A stretch of 64,000 nt of DNA, taken from positions 806,001 to 870,000 of the forward strand of contig JAPETS010000008.1 of assembly GCA_026023565.1 (NCBI GenBank), read 5' to 3'. Origin of the DNA: Cirrosporium novae-zelandiae (taxonomy: Eukaryota). The translations under genes and the position numbers were made by a program. How positions within the stretch are numbered: position 1 is the stretch's first letter; each line of letters starts with the position of its first letter. The notes under the pieces were generated by a model, which was given only the letters and a program-made list of their open reading frames with translations, was not told where the DNA came from and searched no databases. Below are positions 37,779 through 49,944 of the stretch, one piece after another.

Positions 37779-38391
37779 ATTGCTCGAGACCTCGAGATTT
37801 GTTTGTCTTTTCTAATCCCTAGTAGATATGGCACTATGATTGCCACGAATTACTAATAGCCTGGGTTTGATACGCTTAACCTAGACCTTTTATCCAAAGG
37901 TCTGAACGCGCAAGTTCTTCGGGCTCTCATTGGTCCGCCCACTAACACGCATGTATCTTGCAAGGAAGTTGGAAGCAGTTGAGCAAATTCACTGTTTTCT
38001 CGAACACCTTTATCTCGGAAACATGCTCATTTTGAAGAAAATTTATATGTGGTCGCCGACAAATTGATCCTTAGTAGACGCCATGTCGGACCGTCTCCAA
38101 GTTAATTCCAATTCTATATCAATTCTTATATCCACATTGCTAACTGGAGCGCCCCCAATTGAGGGTATGATCCTATCAAGGAGCAGTTGTTAAAATCCAG
38201 TGGAACTTGAAAAGGTCATGGCAGATAACCTCAATCCCTTTTATTGACAAAGTTCCCCTCTGGTCTATATCTCGGATTTCTGAAACTCTCTGGTATCAAT
38301 CAAGTATTGCGCATATGCGGGAGCTTGAATAACTAAATTGCGTTGGAAATTTCTCCTCATACTCTCCTCTCTGTTTATTAAACTCTGCTCA
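37779..38391. promoter_or_regulatory. Candidate Mac1/Cuf1-type copper-response elements
   Basis: TTTGCTCA on the minus strand at 37980-37987, ATTGCTCG at 37779-37786, TGCTCA at 38024-38029 and 38386-38391, all upstream of the reductase ATG. Confidence 0.45.
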
Positions 38392-38421
38392 GTATTAACA
38401 TAACCACTTCTCCACTCCATC

Positions 38422-40363
38422 ATGTCTATGTCCTCGGATGAATGCTCAGGACCTCTCGCGAATCTCTCATTATCAGATCCGCAATGTTGGAATGACTCGT
38501 GCTGCGCCTTTTATGAGGCTCATATGGAATCTCAGAAGCAAGTCTCGTACTATCATCAATTCGACTATGGACACTGGACATTGTGGTACTATGCAATATG
38601 GCTATTTCTAGCCATGCTGACTTATGCATATCACGTCTGGGATGATCACAAACCCGTCTCTCCTCGGCCGTCTACAACTCAGACAAAATCCCATGTATCT
38701 ATATATCAGAAAACGTTGGGTTTTACCCGCTGGCTCTCCTACCGTCGCCTCCGTGGCCCACTCAACGATCGTCTTGGCCTCCCAGCACTAGGAATGTTTG
38801 TATGGTTTATGCTTTCTAGTTTGCTATTCCTTGTCGGGTCATTTGCAATCCACCCATACTATCGTGGGCATCGTGGTTATGGATCCTCCTCCTCTGGCAG
38901 TCCGAACCGGGATGATGGCAATAGCTCTGAATCCCATTGTCGTCGCTTTCGCAGGAAAGGCTAACTTAATTACTTTACTAACCGGCATCAGTCACGAAAA
39001 ACTAAACGTTATTCACCGCTGGGTCGCTTGGATGTACTTTGGTCTTGCTTGGGTTCACACAACACCATTCCTAATTGCACCAGTGCGGGACGGTGGTTTA
39101 GCACGCCTACATTATCAATTCTACAAATCAGGCTCATTCGAGTATACCGGAGTCCCCCCTCTCGCTATGCTAGTTGGCCTTTGCTTCTTCTCAATCCCTT
39201 AGATCCGCCACCGTCTCTACGAATTATTTTACCAGTTCCATTTTCTTCTTGCGGTAGTCTACCTAGGGTTAATGTTCTGGCACGCAGGTCAAGAACAGGA
39301 TAGTTGGGCATACCTATGGGCTACCCTAGCAATTTGGCTGGTACAAATTCTCATGCGCGTGTTTCATAAGAACCAGTCCCTTAGATTGAGAGACCAATGG
39401 ATGCTGGATGGATGTCCAACATACTTGAAAGCTCTACCTGGAGATATGACGAGAATTGAGATAATAGCACCAGGCCACCTCAAATGGCGGCCTGGTCAAC
39501 ATGTATTTCTTCGTTTCATGAACCTTTCAATCTGGAACAATCACCCATTTACCATCGCATCTGTTCCAGACACAACTAATTCTATCAGCCCGGAAGAGTC
39601 GGAAAAACAGCAGGCTCAATCCTTGGTTTTCTACGTCCGCACACACAAAGGCTTTACAAAAAAGCTGTCTACGTTCGTCTCCAGTAATGTTGATATCTCC
39701 ACCACTGCTTGGATCGATGGTCCCTACGGCGGCACGCCCCGTCGTATTGAGAATTCCTTTGACACCGCTATTTTCGTGGCTGGTGGTGCCGGCATCACAG
39801 CATGTATTCCCTGGTTGCTTCATTTGTCACAGCATATGCATTCTGGAAATCACAACGTTAGAATCACGAAAATTAAGCTTGTCTGGGCTATTAGAAGGGA
39901 GGAACATCTTACTTGGATAGGTGAGGAGATGAAAAGGATATGGAACATGGCACGTAAAGGAGACTTTGAGGTTCAGATCTATATTACGAGAGAGGGTGGT
40001 GAGGATAGTGATACTGCAAAGAAGGTAGCCACTGTGAGCAACAAGGAATTATCTCCTGCAGATACACCTTCTACACCAACATCCAAAGAGCATGACATCT
40101 GTCCTGTTTCTCCAACATCGCCCAAGAGAGGTGGTACCCATGCTTCAACCGAAGATATATCTTATCATCACCTCTATCAAGGACGACCTAAAGTCAGCGA
40201 TGTGATGCCTTTGTTAATAACTCCTGGCAAGAACTATATTTTGGGTTGCGGACCCGAGAGTATGAGTGTTGACCTTTCCAACGCAGTGGCTGCAGCGCAG
40301 TTGAAAGTTTTAAAGGAAGAAGTTGAGGAAATCGCCCTGTGGACCGAGAGTTTTGGGATGTAG
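38422..40363 (+). pseudogene. Disrupted ferric/cupric reductase (Fre7-like; transmembrane, FAD- and NAD-binding domains)
   Basis: PPLAVRTG, GISHEKLNVIHRW, RPGQHVFL, HPFTIAS, DGPYG, VAGGAGIT, CGP, ESFG. Frameshift at about 38884-38893 and in-frame TAG at 39200-39202. Confidence 0.85.
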
Positions 40364-40942
40364 AACGTTCAGATGAGAGTTTTAGTAGGAGGTGTACGTT
40401 TTGTGCCAGAATGCTTAGCATATGTAATGCCTGTGAGAGTGAACAGTCTGCTGGCATTAGATGCACGAATGGCTACAATTCTAGAAGCAATATCTATCGC
40501 TGTTCCCGGGTACCAATGACCGTGATGCCGAACTCCTACATTGGGCGTTTTTTTGATATTATCACTGCTGAGTCTGAGTGAGACAATTAAATTAGATATT
40601 AGATATAAATATATTTCTTAGGCTTTAGTGATGAACTGAATGCAGATGTATCATGTCCGTAATCGAAATTTAAATTGTTTAGGGTACGTACAATAATACG
40701 ATAAAAGCGAACTTCATTTTCACTTCAACCATCGGCGAACAACAACATCAGTTCCATGACGAGTTCTACTGTGTGAAAAGACACGCGTCAACAGTACTTC
40801 CAGCCCTGACGAGTCTTGCCAATGATTACTAACGAAATCCATTCTGCAGCTTCCATTGAGAAATCTGACAGAAGTTTTGCCATGCAAAGGTAAACGATAG
40901 CCGAACCTTCCTCCGAGAAAGTTCCCAGAGAAAGTCTCAGAA

Positions 40943-41299
40943 ATGTATCGCTGCATTTTCTACTTCCACCACATTTACTCCAGCAAGAAAATTAAAATAC
41001 TACATCAGCTTGCACAGAAGTATCGACTCACGGGGATCATGAAAACGAATCGTCCGGGGTTCCTGTATGCGCTGACAAGGGAAGGGCAGAAGGAGCTCGA
41101 GAACTTTATAGTGGAAGTCAAGGGGATGCGGTGGCAAGAGGCGCGAGTGAAATATGTTGGAGAGGTTTGGGGACCGCATAAGGATAGTAGTTCTGAGGAT
41201 CCGGTGGGCTTCAAGCAGGTAGAGAAGATGAGTGAGTTCTCCAAATGGATGCATGAGAAGGGCTTGGGGGATGTGTTGAAGGAGAGTGTTGTGCGGTAG
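40943..41299 (+). CDS. Small DUF1115-like protein (C-terminal domain of RWDD2/RWDD3-type proteins)
   Basis: FYFHHIYSSKK, LTG.MK..RPG, KGMRWQ, F..VEKMSEF pattern; 118-aa single-exon ORF. Confidence 0.7.
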   Translation: MYRCIFYFHHIYSSKKIKILHQLAQKYRLTGIMKTNRPGFLYALTREGQKELENFIVEVKGMRWQEARVKYVGEVWGPHKDSSSEDPVGFKQVEKMSEFSKWMHEKGLGDVLKESVVR

Positions 41300-42054
41300 C
41301 TCTGCGCCCACGGCAGAATTACCCTGCAGCCTGTCGAATACATTCTGAGCATATCCGTCTAATTCTGTCTGTGGCTCTGTTTTTTTTTTTGCAAGGCTTC
41401 ATTCTCACGATGAAAAATTTAGTCATCAAGATCTTGTAACAGACTAAGAACAGAGAAGGAGCTAGAAGAGGCGGGTGTTGACTAAATGGATGATGATCGG
41501 GCGATGTTGCTAGATCCAGACATGAAGAATGTCCTACTATTAAAGATTATAGCTAGTACCAGTCCCATAGCTCTGCATGAAAGATTAGCAGAGTTATTCA
41601 AGAACTGAAAAAAAAAAACTCACAGACAAAGAAGGTAAGGATATCAAGCCAAGTTAAGTGCTCTAAGTATTGAGACTAAAATACTACAACCACAGATTTA
41701 TCCCCAAGGCAGACGCTATATCTTGACATTTATATCTGATAGCTTACTCACTTTTACTCACTCAATATCCTGTCAACCTTCGTTCTCCACTTCAAGTACT
41801 TATCATTTATCTCACTTGTCTCTCTATCTTCTCGAGCCGATGATCCTGTGCTCAGGTTTCATTGCTTCACTAAAGCGCACCTTAGTTCTATTTACATTGG
41901 TTAACATTCCTCCCTCGACAGACAAATTATTTCATTTTCGAATATTTTCTCATTTAGACTTACTATAATCATATCCATCTAAAAGTTCCTTAGATCGTTT
42001 TTTTTCAATTACCTGTCTTCCTCATCTATTGATCCACTCAACCTTGGAGCTACT

Positions 42055-43557
42055 ATGTCTTCACCTAAGACGACAATCGGAATAAACTCCCAGAATGAGG
42101 AACCAGAATTCCAGCCATATGTTTCAAGATCTTCGGATTCTCAATACAAACGCAGTTTGACCGTACAAAACTGCCATAAAGAACTTGGATTCAGAAAGCC
42201 TCCCCCATCTCCAGTGCATAGTGAATTTAAATCCTCTATCAGAACCTATTACCAGAACTCACCTGATAAGACCGCTTTCTGCAAGGGGAGATTGGTGGTA
42301 TTCGAAAAAATGGTGGAAAACTTCTTGAGACAATACGGCGAGCGCTACTGGGGCTCAACTAACAGATCTCACCTTCAGTCAGATGCTTTTATCTACCCGC
42401 AGCAAGCCCAAGAATTGAAACAGGTCCTATGGGGAATCTTCGTAACAAAGTCTAGAAATCACAATGATACCAATCGTCGCCGAATCAACAAGAAAAAAGC
42501 TTCTCATGATTCTTCAGTACTAGCTCCAGACTCACAAACCCCAACTCACAATCCTCAGTCACCACCCCAAAATCTATACATACCAGCCCCAGCTGAAGTC
42601 CAACATTCTGATGCCCAAGTTTCTGATAGTACTAGCAATGGAACATCTGAACCCGCCTCCGACCTTCATCGTTACTTTTCCCCTCACAAACGAGCTAGGG
42701 TCGAGTCTATCTCTGATCAAGAAGATGCTGAAGAAGAAGCAACTCCTCGGAAATCACCCTACCTAAACAAGAGTGATGATAATATTCAACATCATAATAT
42801 CACTCCGAAGCCCTCCCCATGTGCGCATTCCGGTCCCTCAGACGTAAGGAAACCTTCTCAAGGACTTGTCCAACTTCTCACACTTGATGGTGAAGTATTA
42901 CACAACCACAGTCAGCAGGACCCAGAAACCCAACACCAGCAACGGATAAACTACAGCCAGAAAGTAAAACAGCCCGATCCAGAGGTCCCTATACCACCCA
43001 TTCCCAGCTCTGACGTGATCGACCTCACAATACTGGGAGACGAAAACCCTCTCAAGGAAGAACCTTCCGGTCCTACAAACAATCGTACGCCAAAACCGCC
43101 CCCTACCATAACTCCTTACATAATCGACCCCACATCTTCCAGAGCCCCAACCCCCACCACCATCCCACTAACCCCCTACCAACTCTCCCAAACCAAATTC
43201 TCCATCGAAGACCCCATCACCGCCACCGAAGACTTCGCACCCATAATCGTCCGCCTCCACAAATTCAAAACATACTCCACCTTCTTCTCCGACCTCGAAA
43301 CCGAACTCCAACTCTCCCCCCCTCCTCATCAGCACCAGCACCAGCATCGGTATCTCTCATCCATCTCGCTTACATATGGTTGGAACGGGAAGAGGCTTCG
43401 GCTTCGCAGAGATAACAAAGATGATTGGCATGAATTTGTGGAGGGTTTGTTAACTGGGTGGGAGAAGAGATTTGAGATGCTACTACTTGATGGATCTAGG
43501 GGGAGGAGTCCGGTTTGTGAGATTAGGGTTCTTTTGCATTGGAACCAGGAATCTTAA
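42055..43557 (+). CDS. Hypothetical protein (folded N- and C-terminal regions, Pro/Ser-rich linker)
   Basis: 500-aa uninterrupted ORF; no family recognised. Confidence 0.75.
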   Translation: MSSPKTTIGINSQNEEPEFQPYVSRSSDSQYKRSLTVQNCHKELGFRKPPPSPVHSEFKSSIRTYYQNSPDKTAFCKGRLVVFEKMVENFLRQYGERYWGSTNRSHLQSDAFIYPQQAQELKQVLWGIFVTKSRNHNDTNRRRINKKKASHDSSVLAPDSQTPTHNPQSPPQNLYIPAPAEVQHSDAQVSDSTSNGTSEPASDLHRYFSPHKRARVESISDQEDAEEEATPRKSPYLNKSDDNIQHHNITPKPSPCAHSGPSDVRKPSQGLVQLLTLDGEVLHNHSQQDPETQHQQRINYSQKVKQPDPEVPIPPIPSSDVIDLTILGDENPLKEEPSGPTNNRTPKPPPTITPYIIDPTSSRAPTPTTIPLTPYQLSQTKFSIEDPITATEDFAPIIVRLHKFKTYSTFFSDLETELQLSPPPHQHQHQHRYLSSISLTYGWNGKRLRLRRDNKDDWHEFVEGLLTGWEKRFEMLLLDGSRGRSPVCEIRVLLHWNQES

Positions 43558-44801
43558 TCATCATCGGCTCATATAAGACGTCGTTCTTGAAAAAGGGGAT
43601 GTATGGAATTCCTTTTTTGGGTTTTTCAAAATTTCAGATATGGTCATCCTTTTTTTTTTGAGCTTTTGATAACGATGTGTAGTTTTCTCAACTCCTTGTT
43701 TTATAATCCCTATTCGCCCGAACTTACAACAACAACGACAACAAACATATTCATTAACCTCCTCCCTTCCCTGCTTGCTCAAACTGAAATTTCTAATGTC
43801 TTTGAAATTTACAACCGGGGGACTCCTATTTACTCTATCTGTGAGTTTGAATTTCGCTTTTTTTTTTTGAAAACGTTGGGATTGGGATTTATTACGGTCA
43901 CTTAGTTATACTTACTTTATATTTATTTTGGATAAGAGCAAGAGTGAATAGAAAGAAAGGGTTTGAAGGGTGTCCCATTCAATGTAGTATATTGATATGG
44001 TAGTTCAATAACAGATACATGAGTAGCGAGGGGTCCTGGTTTTTAATATAAGTTTGAGTTGATTTTGATTATTTTCTAAAAGGTGTGTGTGTGGAAATAT
44101 GGGAGGAGGTTGGTAGTGATAATATATATACAACACATCTAATGTTCTCATGAAAAAAATTAGGTGGGAAGAATAAAAGAAGAAGTAGAAAAAGAAAAAA
44201 CATCATCTCCCCTCGCCTTTCTGCCCCCCACCCCCTTGGCTTATAAAATAATATAAAATTTACTTGAATAATAAGCGGGAAAAAAAGCATCAACACCAAG
44301 AACAATAATAAGTCGTCGTGAAACCTCCACACTACCAGCCTCCCCCCTCCTTTCCCTGAACCGAACCAGACCAAGCCAAGCCAAGCCAAACCCCATGGGG
44401 TGGAGGGGCTTTTTCAAAAAACGCCAAACGTAAACGCTTCACACGGAAAATGCGGGACAAAATTGCTTTCATTGAGATATATTGGTGACGGTGTGTGTGT
44501 TGATGCTGAGAGGTTCCCTTTTTTCCTCCTGATCCTGTCACTGATTGGTTCATTTTTTGATTCTCCTTTTCTTTCTTTATTTTTTTTCCCTTTTGTGTGC
44601 TATCCATTGCTTGGGAAATATGCTGTTAAGATAGGCAGCCTAAGTCGCGGAAGTAGGATATAGTTATGCAAAATGCATGCCGTGCATAAATGACAACGTG
44701 ATGTGATGTTGATGTGATGACGGGAGATATCAATCAAAATGCGTTAAAGTTGACAATTTTGGGGGAACCTGTAAAGATGATGAGGGAGTTTTTTTTCCCT
44801 T

Positions 44802-45884
44802 TCACATGAGAATGCATTTGTCGGATTTTGATGTGGCTGCGGGTCCTTTGGCTGCGAGGGCTACCCTTGCGGCTTCTGTGAAGGCTTCGTTGACACCGCG
44901 GTTCCGCATGGCGGAGCATTCTGTACGTGTGATATATCAATCAGTAAATTGTTCCCGGGGTCACATGTCAACCGTTGTTGCAAATTAATTTTAGGGGGGA
45001 CTCGTCGTACCTAGATATCTCAAAGCCCCAATCTTCTTTGCAGTCGCTAAGCCTTGATCATATGTGATAGTATCTGGTTTTTCCGTCTGTTCCCCATTCT
45101 CGTCGTCGTCATGACCTTTCTCCCGCAGGTCACATTTCAGTGCAACAAGGACAAGTTTTACCTCCGGGCAATTCTCTGCGATTTCGCCCACCCATTTCGA
45201 TTCCACGTTCTCTAACGATTGCGGTGAGTCGACCTGGTCAAGTATAACACGTGAGTTTGGATGGCGTTGTTGAGATTTTGGGGGTAAGGGGAACACAAAC
45301 GCTGAAACAAAGCATTATGGCGTGGGTATTATCATAGGAAAGAGATCGTAACCGGTCAAATTCTTCTTGTCCGGCGGTATCCCAGAGGGATAGTTCCATA
45401 TGTTGACCATCGACGTAGATATCTGGTTTCTGACTTAGTCTTGATACATATTATAATAAGGGTTTGGTGAGGTGGAATACCATGAACGTAATTTTCTAAA
45501 GTCACAGTAAGTAGTTATTACTTTCAAAGTAGACCAGGCAGCAATATCTTACCAAAAACAGTTGGTTCACTAGGCGGAAAAGTACATAACGTCAATGGAT
45601 GTTCCAACTTTGAGATAATATGAAATATATTTTGCAGAGACTCACTAGACTGTTGGAAAGAAACTTTTTGGAATTAGCTATTGTTCTGCATTTTCACATG
45701 TTGAGAACTTACCCTCTCGTAAAAACATTCAGGAGTGATGTTTTACCGCAAGCACCATCGCCTCTATGAAATATCAACTGTCAGATTTCCTATGAAAAGG
45801 TCTTGAAGGCCTATTTTGGAGAGATGAGCCGCACAGTAAGACGAGCTTGCGTTGCACCGTCTTATTTCCACCGCAAAGAGGCAT
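44802..45884 (-). CDS. RHO3: Rho3 small GTPase, eight exons
   Basis: MPLCGG..., [55 protein letters not shown] end CILM. Confidence 0.95.
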
Positions 45885-46642
45885 GTTGACGCAATTGTTT
45901 CGTTTTGTTTTGTTTTGAAAGGTAACGGGGGTATCGAAGCGAAAACGGGTGGAGAGATGATAGATGATGGGATAGACGGATTAACTGTTTTTTTTTTTTT
46001 GGTATGTTCGAAGAAGGTGAGAATTGTTGAGATTGATAAGTTGGATGAATTTAATATGGGATAGAGACAGACTTAAGAGTGGTCGGTGACAGAGACCTCA
46101 GCTTTGTTTTGTGAATGATGGCCGATTGGAGGGTCGCCGCAGTTCTGGTAGACAAGAAGTTGATGGTTCCCATGCATCACCACCACTTGGACCACTTTAC
46201 ACCGAAGGCGACCAAATAAACCCACCGAGGTCGGCCCTAAACATCATAGGGTCCAGCACTCGAGTGGGTCCTCATCGCCAAACAACCCCCCAGTGTCCCC
46301 CTCGTACCCCCCAAACAACCCCCCCATCCACCAATCCACCCATCCACCCATCAAATAACCTTCCATAGCAATGATTTACAACAAGGTATCTAAGCCATGC
46401 TTGTAACCTTTTACTTTATTACTTTATTTAGAAAATATCAACCATGGATTACATAGATTACATGAATTACATTAATTACTTTCACTCAGGGCTTACATGG
46501 CGGCTATCGTCCTCAAAGTAAATTGATTTATTATTTCATTGCTAGCAACCATTCCCTGAATGCTTAGCATGCTATTTCCCTCATTAATCTAATTTGTAAA
46601 GACCATAAAACTCCGGCTTGTAAAATTGGGGGTATCAATCAA

Positions 46643-47725
46643 TCAATATGCCTCTTGTTTCTCCATTCCTCCACGACCTCTGCGCATCCGTTCTCCCAAG
46701 CCAATTTCTCCGGCCTTACGGTTCATACCCATGACAAAATCAGCCCTGCCACCGTATTTAGCATTTCTCCTCCTGGCTGCATCTTCTGCCTCCCTTTCAA
46801 CTTTATCTCTAGCTTCCATCGCCTGCAAGCGTTTGTCGCGATTCTTGTCCAAGTCACCGGCGGCCTTTTGCATAGCAGCGAGCTTCTCCTCCATGCTTTC
46901 TTTTGGTGGCGATGGTGATCGACGGCGTGGAGGAGAGTCTCTACGTCCAGGTCCATCATATTGCTTCCGCCTGGGTGTATCATCCTCTCTTCGCCTTGGG
47001 ATATCATCCTCCTTTCGGCTAGGAGCATCATCATAAGTCCTGCGACGTTTCGAGTCTCGATCTCGATAGGAGCTGCTGCTGTGCCGATATGGCGACCTAG
47101 ATCTGTGACGAGTAGGCGATCTTGAACGTTGTTGAAATGAGGAGTGATGAGGTTTGTGATGGTGGTGATGGCGATGCCTTCGTCGACCCTCTTCGCGATC
47201 ATCAGCCCGATCTCGACGTTCCTTTTTATTACTAGCTTCCATCTCCATAAGTTTTCGTGCTCGGGATGGATCGCTCATGAAATTCTCATAGGCAGCCTGC
47301 TCTTGCTTCTTGATTGCCAACATCGGGTCTTCTCGGATCTTTAAAGCTAAATCTCTAGAGTTGGTTATAAAGGAATCTTCCGTTGACGGCATGGTAGATT
47401 TGGGTTCCGCAAGTTCGTTGCCTTTGATTAAACCATCAATCCGTCTTTTTCCAAGGAGGTATCCTTCCATTTCTTCTGTAGTCCCTGTAGAGCCATTTGC
47501 AGGACCGTTGTACATCCAATCAACACGATTGAGACTTTTTTTCCCACCAGCAGCTTCAAGCTGGCGTTGAAGCTCTTGGGTGACCCGCTCCTCTTCTCTC
47601 TCCTTCTGTATCTGTTGAATTTTCTTCCTCTCTTCAATGGCTTTGACTTCTTCATCATATACGCGTCGTTGATTTTTGAGAAGAAGAGGGTGCCAACTCT
47701 TCTTCAAATTAAGATCTCCACCCAT
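46643..47725 (-). CDS. CWC25: Pre-mRNA splicing factor Cwc25
   Basis: [14 protein letters not shown]-terminus, [18 protein letters not shown]/His-rich middle region. Confidence 0.93.
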   Translation of the reverse strand: MGGDLNLKKSWHPLLLKNQRRVYDEEVKAIEERKKIQQIQKEREEERVTQELQRQLEAAGGKKSLNRVDWMYNGPANGSTGTTEEMEGYLLGKRRIDGLIKGNELAEPKSTMPSTEDSFITNSRDLALKIREDPMLAIKKQEQAAYENFMSDPSRARKLMEMEASNKKERRDRADDREEGRRRHRHHHHHKPHHSSFQQRSRSPTRHRSRSPYRHSSSSYRDRDSKRRRTYDDAPSRKEDDIPRRREDDTPRRKQYDGPGRRDSPPRRRSPSPPKESMEEKLAAMQKAAGDLDKNRDKRLQAMEARDKVEREAEDAARRRNAKYGGRADFVMGMNRKAGEIGLGERMRRGRGGMEKQEAY

Positions 47726-48156
47726 TTTTAAGGTGAGTGTAGACTAGGGCGACAAGTTGTGAAAAGGAAGGGCGTAAAGCTCAGTGAATGTAGTATGAAG
47801 ATCTTATAGTAGATGATATGCGATATGACGAAGTCGTTGAAATTGTAGAAGATGTGAGTGGGTGATGGAGGCGTTTTTAGGAAAGTGAGGATGGCTGGCT
47901 AGACTAAGTGGCAAGAGTAGCAACTAAGAATTAAATACGGCTAGCGTTTTGACCGCACAGACAGAAAATGGTTATTCGCCTAAACTTGTTATCGATAAGC
48001 GACAGCTGCTAACCTCTTTAGAGCTCTCAAGAAGAACGTCTGCATCATCAATCGCAGGCACCAAGCAAACCAATTTGAATAGCTGAGCCTAAGTTCTGTG
48101 GATTTAAATGCACCCGAAGACTCTGCTTATCGGTTTGATATAAAAGTCTCACCAAA

Positions 48157-49944
48157 ATGTCTGACGACGATTTCATGCAAGATTCGGACCCAGAAGAGTA
48201 CTATTATATGCCCATGCCTTCTACCTGCACCTATGGCTAACTATTCTTTAGATATGACTTCGAATATGAAGATGATGATGAGGAGGAGGAAGGGAATGTT
48301 GATGTTGAAAACAAATACTATAATGCAAAGCAAATTAAACTGGATAACCCAGAAGAGGCCATCGAGGAGTTTCTTGGGGTTCCCGCTCTAGAGGAGGAGA
48401 AAGGCGACTGGTGAGACTTCAACAGCCCGCTATGAAGATACTCATCAATCTAACCATTCTCTTTTAAGGGGTTTCAAGGGGCTGAAGCAAGCCATAAAAC
48501 TAGAATTCAAACTGGGAAAATATGATGAGGTCCTAATTTTATACTCTGCGTCGGTACCCTCAAACTAATTTAATTACAGGCCATTGATCACTACCGTGAA
48601 CTCCTTACCTATGTCAAGTCCGCTGTCACTAGAAATTACTCGGAAAAATCCATTAACAATATGCTCGATTTTATAGAGAAGGGCGCAGAAGACAAGGATG
48701 CATATCATTGCATGGAGAAGTTTTATTCTCTTACATTGGATTCCTTCCAAAGCACCAACAATGAAAGATTGTGGTTAAAAACTAATATCAAGCTTGCAAA
48801 ACTATGGTTAGACAGAAAAGACTATTCCCAACTTAGCAAGAAGCTCAGAGACTTGCATTTGGCTTGTGAACGTCCTGACGGTTCGGACGATCCTGCTAAA
48901 GGGACATATTCCCTGGAGATATATGCTCTAGAGATACAGATGTACGCTGAGACGAAAAACAACAAGAGATTAAAGGTATAGCGACTTTATGAATTGTAAT
49001 TATTGTATGCGATGCTAATATAATATACAGGTCCTGTATCAAAAGGCACTCACCGTGCGCTCAGCGGTTCCCCATCCAAAGATTATGGGAATCATCCGCG
49101 AGTGTGGAGGAAAGATGCATATGACTGAAGGTACGAGATCACTTGTCTGACGATAATTGTCCAACGTGTACTAACATGGCCAAAAGAAAATTGGAAAGAG
49201 GCACGAAATGATTTCTATGAGTCATTCCGAAATTACGATGAAGCTGGCTCCTTTCAGCGCATACAAGTCCTTAAGTATCTTGTATTGGCAACTATGTTGA
49301 TGAAATCCGACATTGATCCCTTTGCTTCCCCTGAGACAAAGCCATACAAGAATGACCCCCAAATTTCAGTTATGACGGATCTAGTGGGTGCATACCAAAG
49401 AGACGATATACATCGCTACGAGTCGATTCTTCAAGCAAACAAGGACATTCTTGCTGATCCTTTTATTGCCGAGAATATTGACGAAGTCAGCCGTGACTTG
49501 AGAACCAAGGCCATCGTAAAACTCATTACCCCATACACTCGATTTACGCTGAACTTTGCGGCAAAACATCTAAAGATATCTATTCAAGAAGTTCAAGAGA
49601 TTATCAACTTTTTGATTATCAACCAAAAACTCAAGGCAAGTGTTAATGAGGGGGATGGGACAGTGGAAGTGGAAAAGATAGAAGACCAGGCACGTGTACA
49701 GGCTCTGCAGTCGTGGTCCAGTAACTTGGGATCCCTCCTCACCACTACGATAAGCGATGCAGAAGGATTTAGGGTGGAAGACATGTCGCAATCTCTAGGA
49801 ACACCTTCTGCATCTGGATTTGGTTCGAATTATCTCGATGGTGGAAGTCACCCAGGATTGATGCGTGGGGCAGGCGGGTTAGCCAGGGGAAGAGGGCACA
49901 AGGGAAAGATAACATCCGGGCTTATGGGCATGTTCAACAAATGA
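48157..49944 (+). CDS. CSN2: COP9 signalosome subunit 2 (PCI domain), six exons
   Basis: VENKYYNAK, WGFKGLKQ, SAVTRNYSEKSIN, NERLWLKTNIKLAKL, EIYALEIQMY, VPHPKIMGIIRECGGKMH, NYDEAG. Confidence 0.95.
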
